The notes under the pieces: model-generated
Told to the model about the DNA's origin: nothing
The model's input: only the letters and a program-made list of their open reading frames with translations
Databases searched by the model: none
Shown: piece after piece, positions 51,928 to 61,006 of the stretch
Position numbering within the stretch: position 1 is the stretch's first letter
How the letters are laid out: every line of letters begins with the position of its first letter
Made by a program: the position numbers and the translations under genes
NCBI GenBank assembly: GCA_902771095.1
Contig: CACXVH010000005.1
Coordinates: forward strand, 8,085-72,084
DNA: 64,000 nt
From: an uncultured Pseudomonadota bacterium
GTDB lineage: Bacteria; Pseudomonadota; Alphaproteobacteria; Rs-D84
Direction: 5' to 3'

Positions 51928-51956
51928 ACACCGCCCGTTTGGGCGGTGTTTTTTTT
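51928..51956 (+). terminator. rho-independent terminator
   Basis: ACACCGCCC-GTTT-GGGCGGTGT followed by T7. Confidence 0.7.
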
Positions 51957-52022
51957 GAATAAAATTGCCGACAAAATAAAAAAAACATCCTTCCGGATGT
52001 CTTTTAAAATTTTGGTGCGGGC

Positions 52023-52099
52023 AATGGGGCTCGAACCCACGACCTCAACCTTGGCAAGGTTGCGCTCTAGCCAACTGAGCTACGCCCGCATGTGGGGTT
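52023..52099 (-). tRNA. tRNA-Gly (anticodon GCC), CCA encoded
   Basis: Reverse complement GCGGGCG-TA-GCTCAGTTGGCTAGAGC-G-CAACC-TTGCCAA-GGTTG-AGGTC-GTGGGTTCGAGCCCCAT-TGCCCGC-A-CCA. Confidence 0.9.
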
Positions 52100-52205
52100 A
52101 TTCTGACATACTTTTTTACACAATGCAAGTGTTTTTTATTGTTATTTAATTTATTGAAATACTACTTTGGTTTGGGCTATAATCACATGTGCAAAGGAGC
52201 TTTTT

Positions 52206-53315
52206 ATGACACAGATATTACATGAAATTAATCTTGATTATTCTGATATTTTAATAAGACCAAAAATGGGTATAAACCTTAATTCCAGAAAAGATGTAAT
52301 TTTACAGCGAATTTTCAAATTCAAACATGGGCAAACACGCACTGGCCTTGGGGTGTTTAATGCTAATATGGCGACAGTTGGTAATTTCAAAGTTGCTAAA
52401 AAACTGTTGTCTAAGGGGATGTTTGCAACACTTCATAAACATTATACTGTGGAAGAAATAGGGGGCTTTATTTCAAACGCACGGCGCGAAAATATCCCAC
52501 TTGATAATTTATTCATAACAATCGGGTTAAAAAATATTGATGATGAAATAAAAAAATTAAAAGAACTGGAATCACAATACGATTGGAAATCGCCGCGTAA
52601 TATTTGTATTGATGCCCCTAATTTTTATATTCAAAAGGCATTGGATGTTTTGGCGCGTGTGCGTCGTGAATTTCCAGATGCTGTGATTATGGCTGGAAAT
52701 ATTGCCAGTGGGGATATATGTCTTAAATTATTGGATTATGCAGACATTATTAAATGTGGTATTGGCAGTGGTTCTGCGTGTTTAACGCGTAAGCAAACGG
52801 GATGTGGAACACCAATGGTATCATTGATTTTGGAATGTGCGGATATTGCACATTCTGTCGGTGGACACATTTGTGCAGATGGTGGTATTGTTGATATTGG
52901 CGATATATGCAAAGCATTTTGTTTGAATTCCGATTTTGTGATGGCGGGCGGAATGTTTGCTGGAACAGACGAAGCCGAAGGCGAAACAATAGAAAAGCAT
53001 TTTGAAACAAATGAAATTGTTGATAATAAACATGTAATTCAAACAAAATATTTCAAGCAATATTATGGTATGTCTTCGGAATATGCGAATAATAAATTTG
53101 CCGGTGGTATGTGCAATTATAAAACATCCGAAGGGCGCGAATTGTTGATACCATATACCGGTTCCATAGATAAGATTTTGCAAGACATTAACGGCGGAAT
53201 CGCATCTTGTTGCACTTATATTGGTGCCACATCGGTAAAGCATATGTCAAAGTGCGCAACAATTATCCAGGTGCATAACCAGTTAAACAAGGTCTTTGAA
53301 AAATATTCAGTATAG
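52206..53315 (+). CDS. guaC: GMP reductase (IMPDH/GMPR family, no CBS insert)
   Basis: DYSDILIRPK...FKFKH...ANMATVG...TLHKHYTVEE...IKCGIGSGSACLTR...ICADGG...YGMSSE parallels E. coli GuaC. Confidence 0.8.
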   Translation: MTQILHEINLDYSDILIRPKMGINLNSRKDVILQRIFKFKHGQTRTGLGVFNANMATVGNFKVAKKLLSKGMFATLHKHYTVEEIGGFISNARRENIPLDNLFITIGLKNIDDEIKKLKELESQYDWKSPRNICIDAPNFYIQKALDVLARVRREFPDAVIMAGNIASGDICLKLLDYADIIKCGIGSGSACLTRKQTGCGTPMVSLILECADIAHSVGGHICADGGIVDIGDICKAFCLNSDFVMAGGMFAGTDEAEGETIEKHFETNEIVDNKHVIQTKYFKQYYGMSSEYANNKFAGGMCNYKTSEGRELLIPYTGSIDKILQDINGGIASCCTYIGATSVKHMSKCATIIQVHNQLNKVFEKYSV

Positions 53316-53440
53316 GATAAAAAACATTTGCTTTTGTAAAATAATACTGTAATATATACGGGGTAAAACAAAGACGGGGATAAACCTTGAAATTGATAAA
53401 AAAATCTTACAATTAAGGGTGCGACCATCAAACAAATTTG

Positions 53441-53471
53441 ACGGACGCATCTTTTATGTGTCCGTTTTTTT
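53441..53471 (+). terminator. strong intrinsic terminator 26 nt upstream of the lysS start (guaC terminator and/or lysS leader attenuator)
   Basis: 10-bp stem ACGGACGCAT/ATGTGTCCGT, 5-nt loop, then T6-7. Confidence 0.6.
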
Positions 53472-53497
53472 ATAATAAACCAAAAAAGGAAACAGAA

Positions 53498-54964
53498 ATG
53501 TCAGAAAACACAAATATATCTACAAACGAATTACAGGCCAGATTACAAAAGGTTGAAAATATTAAAAAACGCGATGGTGTCGTTTGGAAAGATAAATTTG
53601 AACGTTCTCATACTATCAAAGATGCGCGCGAATTGGCTGATGAAACGCCTGTGGTGTTGGCTGGTCGTGTTACAGCGCTTCGTTGGTTGGGCAAATTAAT
53701 GTTTGGTCGCATTTATGATATCGAAGGTGAAATTCAATTTTCTATGTCCCGCGAAGAATTGGGCGAAGATAATTATAAGTTTATGAAAGCCAATGTAGAC
53801 CTTGGGGATTTTATTGGAATTACCGGTACACTTTACCACACTACTGCGGGCGAATTAACTGTGCGTGTGTCGAAATATGTTATATTGTCCAAGGCCTTGC
53901 GTCCTTTGCCTGAAAAGTATCACGGGCTGACAGATATGGAAACGCGTTATCGCCAGAGATATTTGGATGTAATTTCTAATCCTGATTCCAGAAATGCGTT
54001 GCTTGGTCGTTTCAAAATGACCCAGAATTTGCGTGAATTTATGAATGAACATGGGTTCTTGGAAATTGAAACCCCAATTATGCAAAATGTTGCTTCTGGT
54101 GCTGCGGCAAGACCATTTATGACGCACCATAATGCGTTGGATGTTGATTTTCAGCTGCGTATTTCCCCAGAATTGTTTTTAAAGGAAGCGATTGGTGCCG
54201 GCTTTGACAAGGTTTATGAGGTTGCCAAAGATTTCCGTAATGAGGGTATGGATGCAATGCACCTGCAAGAATTCACAATGATTGAATGGTATGCAGCATA
54301 TTGGGATTATAAAAAGAACATTGAATTTACATGGGCTTTGGTTCAAAATCTGATTCAAAAAGCACGTGGAACATTACAGATTGAATACCAAGGGACCAAG
54401 TTAGATTTTTCAAAATATGAAATGATTGATTACACTGCGAAAATGAACGAATTTTTCGGGTGCAATATTTTGGATTTTGACAATGTTGATACTTTGCGCC
54501 AAAAATTGGTTGATGAGGGTATGTTCCCGATGTCTGAATTGGAAGATTTAAAATCTTTGCCGACACTGGTTGATTATGTTTATAAACGCAAGATTCGTGA
54601 CAAGATTATTCAGCCGACTTTCCTTTATAACTATCCAACATATATGGTGCCATTGGCGCGTCACAATGATAAGGACGACAGATGTTTGGATATGTATCAA
54701 TTATTGGTTGCTGGTGCAGAATTAAGCAAAGGTTATTCCGAGTTGGTAAACCCAATTCAACAATTACATGCTTTTGAAGAACAAGCAAAAAATATTGCTG
54801 ATGGTGACGAAGAAGCATTTAACCCAGATAACGATTTCGTTCGCGCAATGGAACATGGTTTTCCACCAATTTCTGGTGTTGGTGTCGGTATTGACAGATT
54901 GGCATGTATTGTTTTTGACCAGCCAACTTTGCGCGATGTAATCTTGTTCCCAATGATGAAATAA
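53498..54964 (+). CDS. lysS: lysyl-tRNA synthetase, class II
   Basis: OB-fold N-domain (VVLAGRVTALRWLGKLMFGRIYD). Class II motifs FLEIETPIM, DFRNEG and GVGIGIDRL. Confidence 0.9.
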   Translation: MSENTNISTNELQARLQKVENIKKRDGVVWKDKFERSHTIKDARELADETPVVLAGRVTALRWLGKLMFGRIYDIEGEIQFSMSREELGEDNYKFMKANVDLGDFIGITGTLYHTTAGELTVRVSKYVILSKALRPLPEKYHGLTDMETRYRQRYLDVISNPDSRNALLGRFKMTQNLREFMNEHGFLEIETPIMQNVASGAAARPFMTHHNALDVDFQLRISPELFLKEAIGAGFDKVYEVAKDFRNEGMDAMHLQEFTMIEWYAAYWDYKKNIEFTWALVQNLIQKARGTLQIEYQGTKLDFSKYEMIDYTAKMNEFFGCNILDFDNVDTLRQKLVDEGMFPMSELEDLKSLPTLVDYVYKRKIRDKIIQPTFLYNYPTYMVPLARHNDKDDRCLDMYQLLVAGAELSKGYSELVNPIQQLHAFEEQAKNIADGDEEAFNPDNDFVRAMEHGFPPISGVGVGIDRLACIVFDQPTLRDVILFPMMK

Positions 54965-54975
54965 AAGGTTAAAAA

Positions 54976-56382
54976 ATGCCGCCTGCCAAAGATGTTGTTG
55001 CCACGACCAAATTACACGATGAAGAAAATCTAGAATATTTGGATAATGCGTTAAAATCTGGTCGTATTGATGAAGCGACACATAAATATTTAACAAACCT
55101 TTATTCTGATTCTATGAATTGGTTTCGCGAAGTATTTATGTCTATCGGTAAATGTTTTGGTGCGCCAAAGGCAGCTGTGCATGTTTATGATTATGAGAAA
55201 GATACAGCATTACATACACCAATAACTATTCCAGATATTAATCCGTTGGAACCATATGTGGTGAATCATCGTCTGGATGCAGACCCAATGCGTAATCAAT
55301 TTTTCGTATCAACCCAGGGACACAAAATAGATTTGGCTGTGTCATCAATTGTTACAGTTATTGTTGGTGCGCAAAAAAGTGTTTCACGCGCGGTGGATAA
55401 AATCACTGGGAAATATTACAAAGATTATATCAATGAAGTTGCACAAACCGCATATAATGTGATTTCAAAGACAGAACGCGTTGCAGCTGCCCAGGCGGTG
55501 CACGATAAAATTGTGGAAGTGTTTTCAAAATCTTTTATTACAGATGCTTCGTCCACAGTGCTTGGTATAATTGGGTGCAGACATCAAAAGATTGCGGCAA
55601 ATCTTGTGCGTGCTTTGGATAAAATTCGGACACCTTATGCACGTTTGGAAGATGTGTGGCGTATAAAATGTTTGTTTGATTTGGTGCCCCAGGCACGAAC
55701 ATTTATTGAACGCATAAGCAAGATGTGGCCTGATAAAATTATTGCTGTGCGCGATAAATTTTTTGACATCACAAATCCACGCGGATACAGGGACGCAAAG
55801 TTAATTATAAACATTGGTCGCGATGGCAAAATAATCCCAATGGAAATTATTTGTCAGGTTAGAACTTTTTTTGAATATGAACACAGAACTAATATGGCTT
55901 ATGAAAAAGCGCGTGGTGTCGAAAATAAAAAAAGTAAGAAAGCGAATACTGTGGCATCTGTATCAATGCATACAGAAAGTTTGCATATCGAAGGTGTCAA
56001 AACATACAATCTTATGATATGTGATTGTGTCGAAGGATTATTTGACAGAATTGGTTGGAATATTTTATACAGTGATGGTAACGAAGATATGTTGTTCGAA
56101 GGGTTCCCGAAAATATTCACTGTGTATTATCCGCAAAAAATTGTCGATATTATTATGAGAAAGGTTGATACTGCTGTGGAAAACGAAGTTTTTTATGTCG
56201 AAAATGCGCCAGCAAAATTAACGCGTGACCAAGAAATTCGAATTTTTAGATGGATGGCGCGGTTTATTCTTGTTGCTGCAATGCCTTATTCTCATGCTGA
56301 TTGGAATGTAAAAACAGATACAATGGCTGGTAAATTCTTTGAATTTATTATGAAAGAATTGCAGCGATATTATAAAAAGTAG
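54976..56382 (+). CDS. divergent RelA/SpoT-fold (alarmone-synthetase-like nucleotidyltransferase) domain protein
   Basis: The central segment RHQKIAANLVRALDKI...DVWRIKCLF...NPRGYRDAKLIINIG...MEIICQVRTFFEYEHRTNMAYEKAR mirrors the RSH synthetase motif order (R.K...K / D..G.R / GY...H / EIQIRT...H..YK). It starts 11 nt after lysS. Confidence 0.5.
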   Translation: MPPAKDVVATTKLHDEENLEYLDNALKSGRIDEATHKYLTNLYSDSMNWFREVFMSIGKCFGAPKAAVHVYDYEKDTALHTPITIPDINPLEPYVVNHRLDADPMRNQFFVSTQGHKIDLAVSSIVTVIVGAQKSVSRAVDKITGKYYKDYINEVAQTAYNVISKTERVAAAQAVHDKIVEVFSKSFITDASSTVLGIIGCRHQKIAANLVRALDKIRTPYARLEDVWRIKCLFDLVPQARTFIERISKMWPDKIIAVRDKFFDITNPRGYRDAKLIINIGRDGKIIPMEIICQVRTFFEYEHRTNMAYEKARGVENKKSKKANTVASVSMHTESLHIEGVKTYNLMICDCVEGLFDRIGWNILYSDGNEDMLFEGFPKIFTVYYPQKIVDIIMRKVDTAVENEVFYVENAPAKLTRDQEIRIFRWMARFILVAAMPYSHADWNVKTDTMAGKFFEFIMKELQRYYKK

Positions 56383-56498
56383 TGTATCGTTTTTCCTATT
56401 ATATTCACTTGCGTTTTTGTGTGGAATAGTTGTAAAATAACACTAAGTTATTGATGGGGTATACAATAACTATAACAAGCATAGGAAAGGATTAAATT

Positions 56499-56843
56499 AT
56501 GCGTCAAGGAAAGGTTAAATGGTATAATAGTAAAAAGTGCTTTGGTTTTATTGCACCAGATACACCAAATGAAGATGGAAATACAGATGATGTATTCGTT
56601 CACTCTTCGGCATTAAAAGCAGCAGATATTCGTTTCTTGAATGAAAACGATATTGTCGAATTCGAAGAAGAAGTAAGAAATGGTAAATTGTCTGTCACAA
56701 CATTGAAATTGATTCAAAGGGATGAAGAAGCCGCAAGAAGATTTCATGAACGGCGCGCAGAACGCAGACGCGCACGTGAAGAAAGAAAATCTAGGGAAGA
56801 ACACAAGGAAAAACGTTCTGGATTTGCTTTCTGGAAAAAATAA
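56499..56843 (+). CDS. cold-shock-domain protein with Arg/Glu-rich C-terminal extension
   Basis: GKVKWYNSKKCFGFIAP...VFVHSSAL carries the RNP1/RNP2 motifs. The tail is ERRAERRRAREERKSREEHKEKR. Confidence 0.85.
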   Translation: MRQGKVKWYNSKKCFGFIAPDTPNEDGNTDDVFVHSSALKAADIRFLNENDIVEFEEEVRNGKLSVTTLKLIQRDEEAARRFHERRAERRRAREERKSREEHKEKRSGFAFWKK

Positions 56844-56845
56844 TT

Positions 56846-56874
56846 AAAAAAAACCGCCAAATTGGCGGTTTTTT
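56846..56874. terminator. bidirectional rho-independent terminator
   Basis: A8-CCGCCAA-AT-TTGGCGG-T6 between convergent genes. Confidence 0.65.
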
Positions 56875-57787
56875 AATCATCGCTATTTGCTAATGGATGT
56901 GCGTGTTTATATGCATCCATAATTTCTGCCATATTAACCTTGGTATACAATTGCGTTGTTGACAATGATGCGTGTCCCAATAATTCTTGTAAACTTCGTA
57001 AATCCGCACCACCAGCAAGCAGGGCGGTAGCAAAAGTATGTCGCAAAGCATGTGGTGTCACATAATCTGGCAATTGTAAATAATGGCGCAAATTCTCAAT
57101 CACTTTTTCTGCCATCCGTGGTGACATTGGTAATCCGCGGATACTGCGAAACAACGGGTCGTTATCACGATTGCCATATGGGTTGATTTTTATATATTTT
57201 TCAATCGCTGTGTTTACTGCGGGCAATACAGGAACGATGCGTTCTTTGTTCCCTTTGCCAATTATACGCAAAGATTCTGGTGCGCCCATAACATCGCGGT
57301 TTTTTAACGATAATGCTTCGCTTATACGCAGACCACATCCAAAAATCAAAACCACCAGCGCCCAATCGCGTGCCGCAATCCATGGTTCGTTCATATCTAT
57401 TGCGCGAATTGCACCATGCATATCAGAAACATCTGTGGTTTCAATTGCTTTTGATAATTTGCGTTCGACCTTTGGTGAAGATATAAGACCAATCGCATCA
57501 TTTTGAATATTTTTATATCGCCCAAGCCATTTATAGAAAGTCCGCAAAGAAGATAAAGCCCGTGCAGTTGATTTATGTGTTAATTTGCGCTTTGCACGGT
57601 CTGCAAGCCAGCCACGAAAAGCAAAAGTATCGGCGCGTGCAATATCGTTCAATTCTGCGGCATCGCTAAAACGCGTAACAAATTTTATAAAATCACGAAT
57701 ATCAGTTTCATATGCCGTTGCAGTATGTGTTGAATAATTTTTCGTATTCAACAAATAATCTGTAAACTCAGCAATTATTTCGTTCAT
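56873..57787 (-). CDS. tyrosine recombinase, XerC/XerD family
   Basis: N-terminal SAM-like domain (TATAYETDIRDFIKF) and catalytic region HALRHTFATALLAGGADLRSLQELLGHASLSTTQLYT. Confidence 0.85.
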   Translation of the reverse strand: MNEIIAEFTDYLLNTKNYSTHTATAYETDIRDFIKFVTRFSDAAELNDIARADTFAFRGWLADRAKRKLTHKSTARALSSLRTFYKWLGRYKNIQNDAIGLISSPKVERKLSKAIETTDVSDMHGAIRAIDMNEPWIAARDWALVVLIFGCGLRISEALSLKNRDVMGAPESLRIIGKGNKERIVPVLPAVNTAIEKYIKINPYGNRDNDPLFRSIRGLPMSPRMAEKVIENLRHYLQLPDYVTPHALRHTFATALLAGGADLRSLQELLGHASLSTTQLYTKVNMAEIMDAYKHAHPLANSDD

Positions 57788-58524
57788 TTTATTTCAAAAG
57801 TTGCAGATACAGTGACGGTGATTTCTGTATCTTTGGAAACCAAACTGCCACCAGTGTCCATAGATTCTTCCATTGCACCCATAGCCATTTTCGCGCTCAT
57901 TACCCTGTAATTAGCAACAGGTCTTTCGTTATAAGAAATGTTTCCATAAGATACATTTAATAATTTGCCCGCTTTTAATCCATCGTCCACAACCAGAGCA
58001 TTTGCGCGTGCGCGTGCATCAATAACAGCTGCGCCAAGACATTTATCCATTACTGGTTTTAATGCCTCAGAACTTGTGAACATACGGAAATTTTCGGTAT
58101 AAACATTTTCTTGCCCTGCATATTTATTCAATACAGATTCAATTAATTCTGGATTTGATGCAGAAACTTCAACCGCGATTCGTGTTTCTGTCCCTAAATT
58201 TTCATCTTGCTCTAATGCGCGATTCCATCTGGTTTTTTCATAAGAATTAAATTCAGTCGTCTGCATTTTAACATCGATTGTTTTCAGATAATCAGTGATT
58301 TGCGCCATTTTTTCGGTAGCCAAACGCATAGAGGTTGCGGCATTTTTATCCAATGTTGTGACCCGTAAAGTAATCGCTGTTCTGTCTTTTGGAACAGAAG
58401 TCAAACATTCTCCGCTTACATTTATTTTTCGAACTTCCTTTGGTTTTTCAAATACACCAAAAATCAAATCTAGTATAGCTGCAGTTCCGATGATAACAGT
58501 TGTTAATGCAAGTGTTCTTTTCAT
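57784..58524 (-). CDS. SIMPL-domain (DUF541) protein, second paralogue
   Basis: N-terminal anchor, INVSGECLTSVPKDRTAITLRV..., and C-terminal EITVTVSATFEI. The architecture matches 18257-19003. Confidence 0.6.
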   Translation of the reverse strand: MKRTLALTTVIIGTAAILDLIFGVFEKPKEVRKINVSGECLTSVPKDRTAITLRVTTLDKNAATSMRLATEKMAQITDYLKTIDVKMQTTEFNSYEKTRWNRALEQDENLGTETRIAVEVSASNPELIESVLNKYAGQENVYTENFRMFTSSEALKPVMDKCLGAAVIDARARANALVVDDGLKAGKLLNVSYGNISYNERPVANYRVMSAKMAMGAMEESMDTGGSLVSKDTEITVTVSATFEIK

Positions 58525-58528
58525 TTTT

Positions 58529-59524
58529 TCAACCCAACATTTTCTTTTTCACTTTGGTCAGTGTGCGCGCCGCCACAACGCGTGCGCGTTCTGCACCTTG
58601 GTTTAATATCGCATCAATTTCAGATGGATTAGTCATTAAATATTCGTATCTTTTGCGTGGTTCACTTAACACAGAATCAATTTTTTCAAATAATATCGTT
58701 TTTGCTTCGCCGTATCCCATACCGCCGTCTAAAAACCGTTTACGCAATGCCGCAATTTCATCAGCGCTCGCAAAGTGCGAATACATCTGAAATATCGTAG
58801 ATTCGTCCGGATTTTTTGATTCTTCGGGTGTTTTGGAATCTGTGATAATACGCATAACTTTCTTTTTTAATTCATTGCTTGGGCAAAGTAGGGGAATGGT
58901 ATTGTCATAAGATTTACTCATCTTGCGACCGTCCAGCCCAGGAATTAAACCACAATCTTCACCGATTATTGGTTCTGGCAATTTGAAAGTTTCACCATAA
59001 ATATTGTTAAAATACCCAGCAATATCGCGTGCGAATTCCACATGTTGTTTTTGGTCTTTGCCAACAGGAACAATATCAGAATTATAAAGCAAAATATCAG
59101 CCGCCATTAAAACAGGATAAGTATATAATCCCATATTAACCCCAGAATCTATATCTACCCCAGTTTCTGTGTTTTTTTCAATCATCGCTTTATATGAATG
59201 TGCGCGGTTCATCAATCCCTTTGGTGTAACATTCATTAAAAATTCGGTTAATTGGTATATTTCATTGATATCTGATTGACGGAACAAAATAGTGTTTTCA
59301 AGATTTAATCCCATTGTAATCATCAGCGCAGCAATTTCATAAGTATGTTGTTTTATTTCTTTGGCATCATGTATACTGTTTAACGCGTGTAAATCTGCGA
59401 TGAACATAAATGTCTTATGGTTTTGCGACATGTCAATCAATGGTCGCAAAGCCCCAATATAGTTTCCAATATGTGGCGTGCCAGTTGGTTTGATACCTGT
59501 TAAAACAATTTTTTCATCAGTCAT
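58529..59524 (-). CDS. trpS: tryptophanyl-tRNA synthetase
   Basis: TGIKPTGTPHIGNYIGA (HIGH) and KMSKS. Confidence 0.9.
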   Translation of the reverse strand: MTDEKIVLTGIKPTGTPHIGNYIGALRPLIDMSQNHKTFMFIADLHALNSIHDAKEIKQHTYEIAALMITMGLNLENTILFRQSDINEIYQLTEFLMNVTPKGLMNRAHSYKAMIEKNTETGVDIDSGVNMGLYTYPVLMAADILLYNSDIVPVGKDQKQHVEFARDIAGYFNNIYGETFKLPEPIIGEDCGLIPGLDGRKMSKSYDNTIPLLCPSNELKKKVMRIITDSKTPEESKNPDESTIFQMYSHFASADEIAALRKRFLDGGMGYGEAKTILFEKIDSVLSEPRKRYEYLMTNPSEIDAILNQGAERARVVAARTLTKVKKKMLG

Positions 59525-59627
59525 TTTTTGCCTTTTTTATTATACGAATAATAACACTTTTGCCGTTGCGATTTCAATAAAAAAAATCCCACAAATGCGT
59601 GGGATTTTAAATCTGTTCCGTTTTTTA

Positions 59628-60260
59628 TTATCTGGAATAGAATTCAACGACCAATTCTGGGAACATTTGCACAGGATATGGAACGTCTTCAAATGCCGGA
59701 ACACGAGTATATGTTGCTGTGAAAGCATTGCTGTCCACAGTGATATAATCTGGGGTGTTGCGTTCGCCAGATTCAAGTGCCAACACCACCAAAGGCATTT
59801 GTTTTGCTTTTTCGCTTACCGTGATAACATCGCCAGGATTTACGCGGTAAGAAGCAATTTTAACGCGTTTTCCATTGACATAAATGTGTCCATGGCTGAC
59901 CAATTGACGGGCAGAAAACACTGTTGGTGCCAATTTAGAACGATATACAACTGCATCCAAGCGTCTTTCCAACAAACCAATCAAATTATCTGGTGTGTCG
60001 CCTTTCATATTATCTGCTTCTTTGTAATAGGCATAGAATTTTTTTTCGCCGATATTACCATAATAACCTTTTAATGTCTGTTTCGCGCGCATCTGTTTTG
60101 CGTAATCAGACGAAGAAGACCCACGTGAAGTTGGTCCATGTTGACCAGGTTTATATTTTCTTTTGTTAAATGGGGATTTTGCCTGACCCCAAAGATTGCA
60201 ACCCAATGAGCGGCCAATCTTTAATTTACGAGTGCTACGTTTTGCACCAGCTCTTGCCAT
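59628..60260 (-). CDS. rpsD: 30S ribosomal protein S4
   Basis: YKPGQHG, RLDAVVYRSKLAPTVFSARQLVSHGHIYVNGKRV (S4 domain). Confidence 0.9.
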   Translation of the reverse strand: MARAGAKRSTRKLKIGRSLGCNLWGQAKSPFNKRKYKPGQHGPTSRGSSSSDYAKQMRAKQTLKGYYGNIGEKKFYAYYKEADNMKGDTPDNLIGLLERRLDAVVYRSKLAPTVFSARQLVSHGHIYVNGKRVKIASYRVNPGDVITVSEKAKQMPLVVLALESGERNTPDYITVDSNAFTATYTRVPAFEDVPYPVQMFPELVVEFYSR

Positions 60261-60404
60261 AATTTTATCCTTTTGTTTTGGTTTTTTTATTGTGCCGAAC
60301 TTTCATCAGAATCCTTATCTCAAACGGGACCAAAAGACACCGTCGATTAATCAGTTCTGGTTATCCAGCGAGGCATATTCTACATATTTTTTTAAGAAAT
60401 GCAA

Positions 60405-60434
60405 GAAAAAATCGCCCCGTTTAGGGCGGTTTTT
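60405..60434 (-). terminator. rho-independent terminator after the 62292-60452 operon
   Basis: The minus strand reads CGCCC-TAAACG-GGGCG followed by TTTTTT. Confidence 0.55.
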
Positions 60435-60451
60435 ACTTTTTTTGAAACATT

Positions 60452-61006
60452 TTACTTTATAATCCATATTTCTGCATTGTCAGAAACAGTTTGACCACTG
60501 GCGTTTTTAATCGGGGCATACAACAGATTGGTTTTTTTGACATTTAATTTATTACCGTCCTTCTTTACATCATTAACATATGGTCCTGAACCGTTTTCAA
60601 CAATGGCTGTAATGACATTAGCATTATTTGTTTCTAATCTTTCTACTCTTTGAACCAGTGAATTAAAGTCGCTTCCTGATATATTACCAGATACAGGATT
60701 TGCGTTTGTATTGGTATTAGTATTAGTGTTGATGTTTTGAGTTGTCCCAATAATTTTGTTTTTGGGCTTTATCGATGGGAATCTGGCAGAAGTGTTAGAT
60801 AAATCTGTGTTTGGTTTAGAAACTTCTAAATTTTTAGCAACTCTCGCAGTATTTGATTTTATTACAGTTTGATTTTTTTGTGCAGTTGCGACAGGTTTTG
60901 CAACAGTAACACTGGGTTTGTTTTTACCTAACAACGCAGTGCTTGGTGCCGCGACAGCGCTAACCACAAAACAAAAAGGCAATAAATATATCAATTTTTT
61001 CAGCAT
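60452..61006 (-). CDS. secreted Asn/Thr/Lys-rich protein, translationally coupled to the upstream CWC gene
   Basis: Signal peptide MLKKLIYLLPFCFVVSAVAAP. It contains an NINTNTNTNTNANP stretch. Its ATG shares one base with the upstream TAA (TAATG at 61004-61008). Confidence 0.5.
   Translation of the reverse strand: MLKKLIYLLPFCFVVSAVAAPSTALLGKNKPSVTVAKPVATAQKNQTVIKSNTARVAKNLEVSKPNTDLSNTSARFPSIKPKNKIIGTTQNINTNTNTNTNANPVSGNISGSDFNSLVQRVERLETNNANVITAIVENGSGPYVNDVKKDGNKLNVKKTNLLYAPIKNASGQTVSDNAEIWIIK

Noticed and set aside
53418-53438. A T-box riboswitch call for the lysS leader, based on ATTAAGGGTGCGACC.
   Set aside because: Only a partial match to the T-box core is present. The UGGN tRNA-acceptor-binding bulge, specifier loop, AG-bay and GNUGGA elements were not found by eye. 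It is kept only as an unnamed candidate attenuator.
60690-60745. A tandem-repeat-looking stretch (gtattggtattagtattagtgttgat) encoding NTNTNTNTN, considered as another slippage tract or mini-array.
   Set aside because: The units are imperfect and 6 nt long, so changes stay in frame. It has neither a CRISPR-like repeat-spacer structure nor a frame-shifting potential. It is just low-complexity coding sequence.
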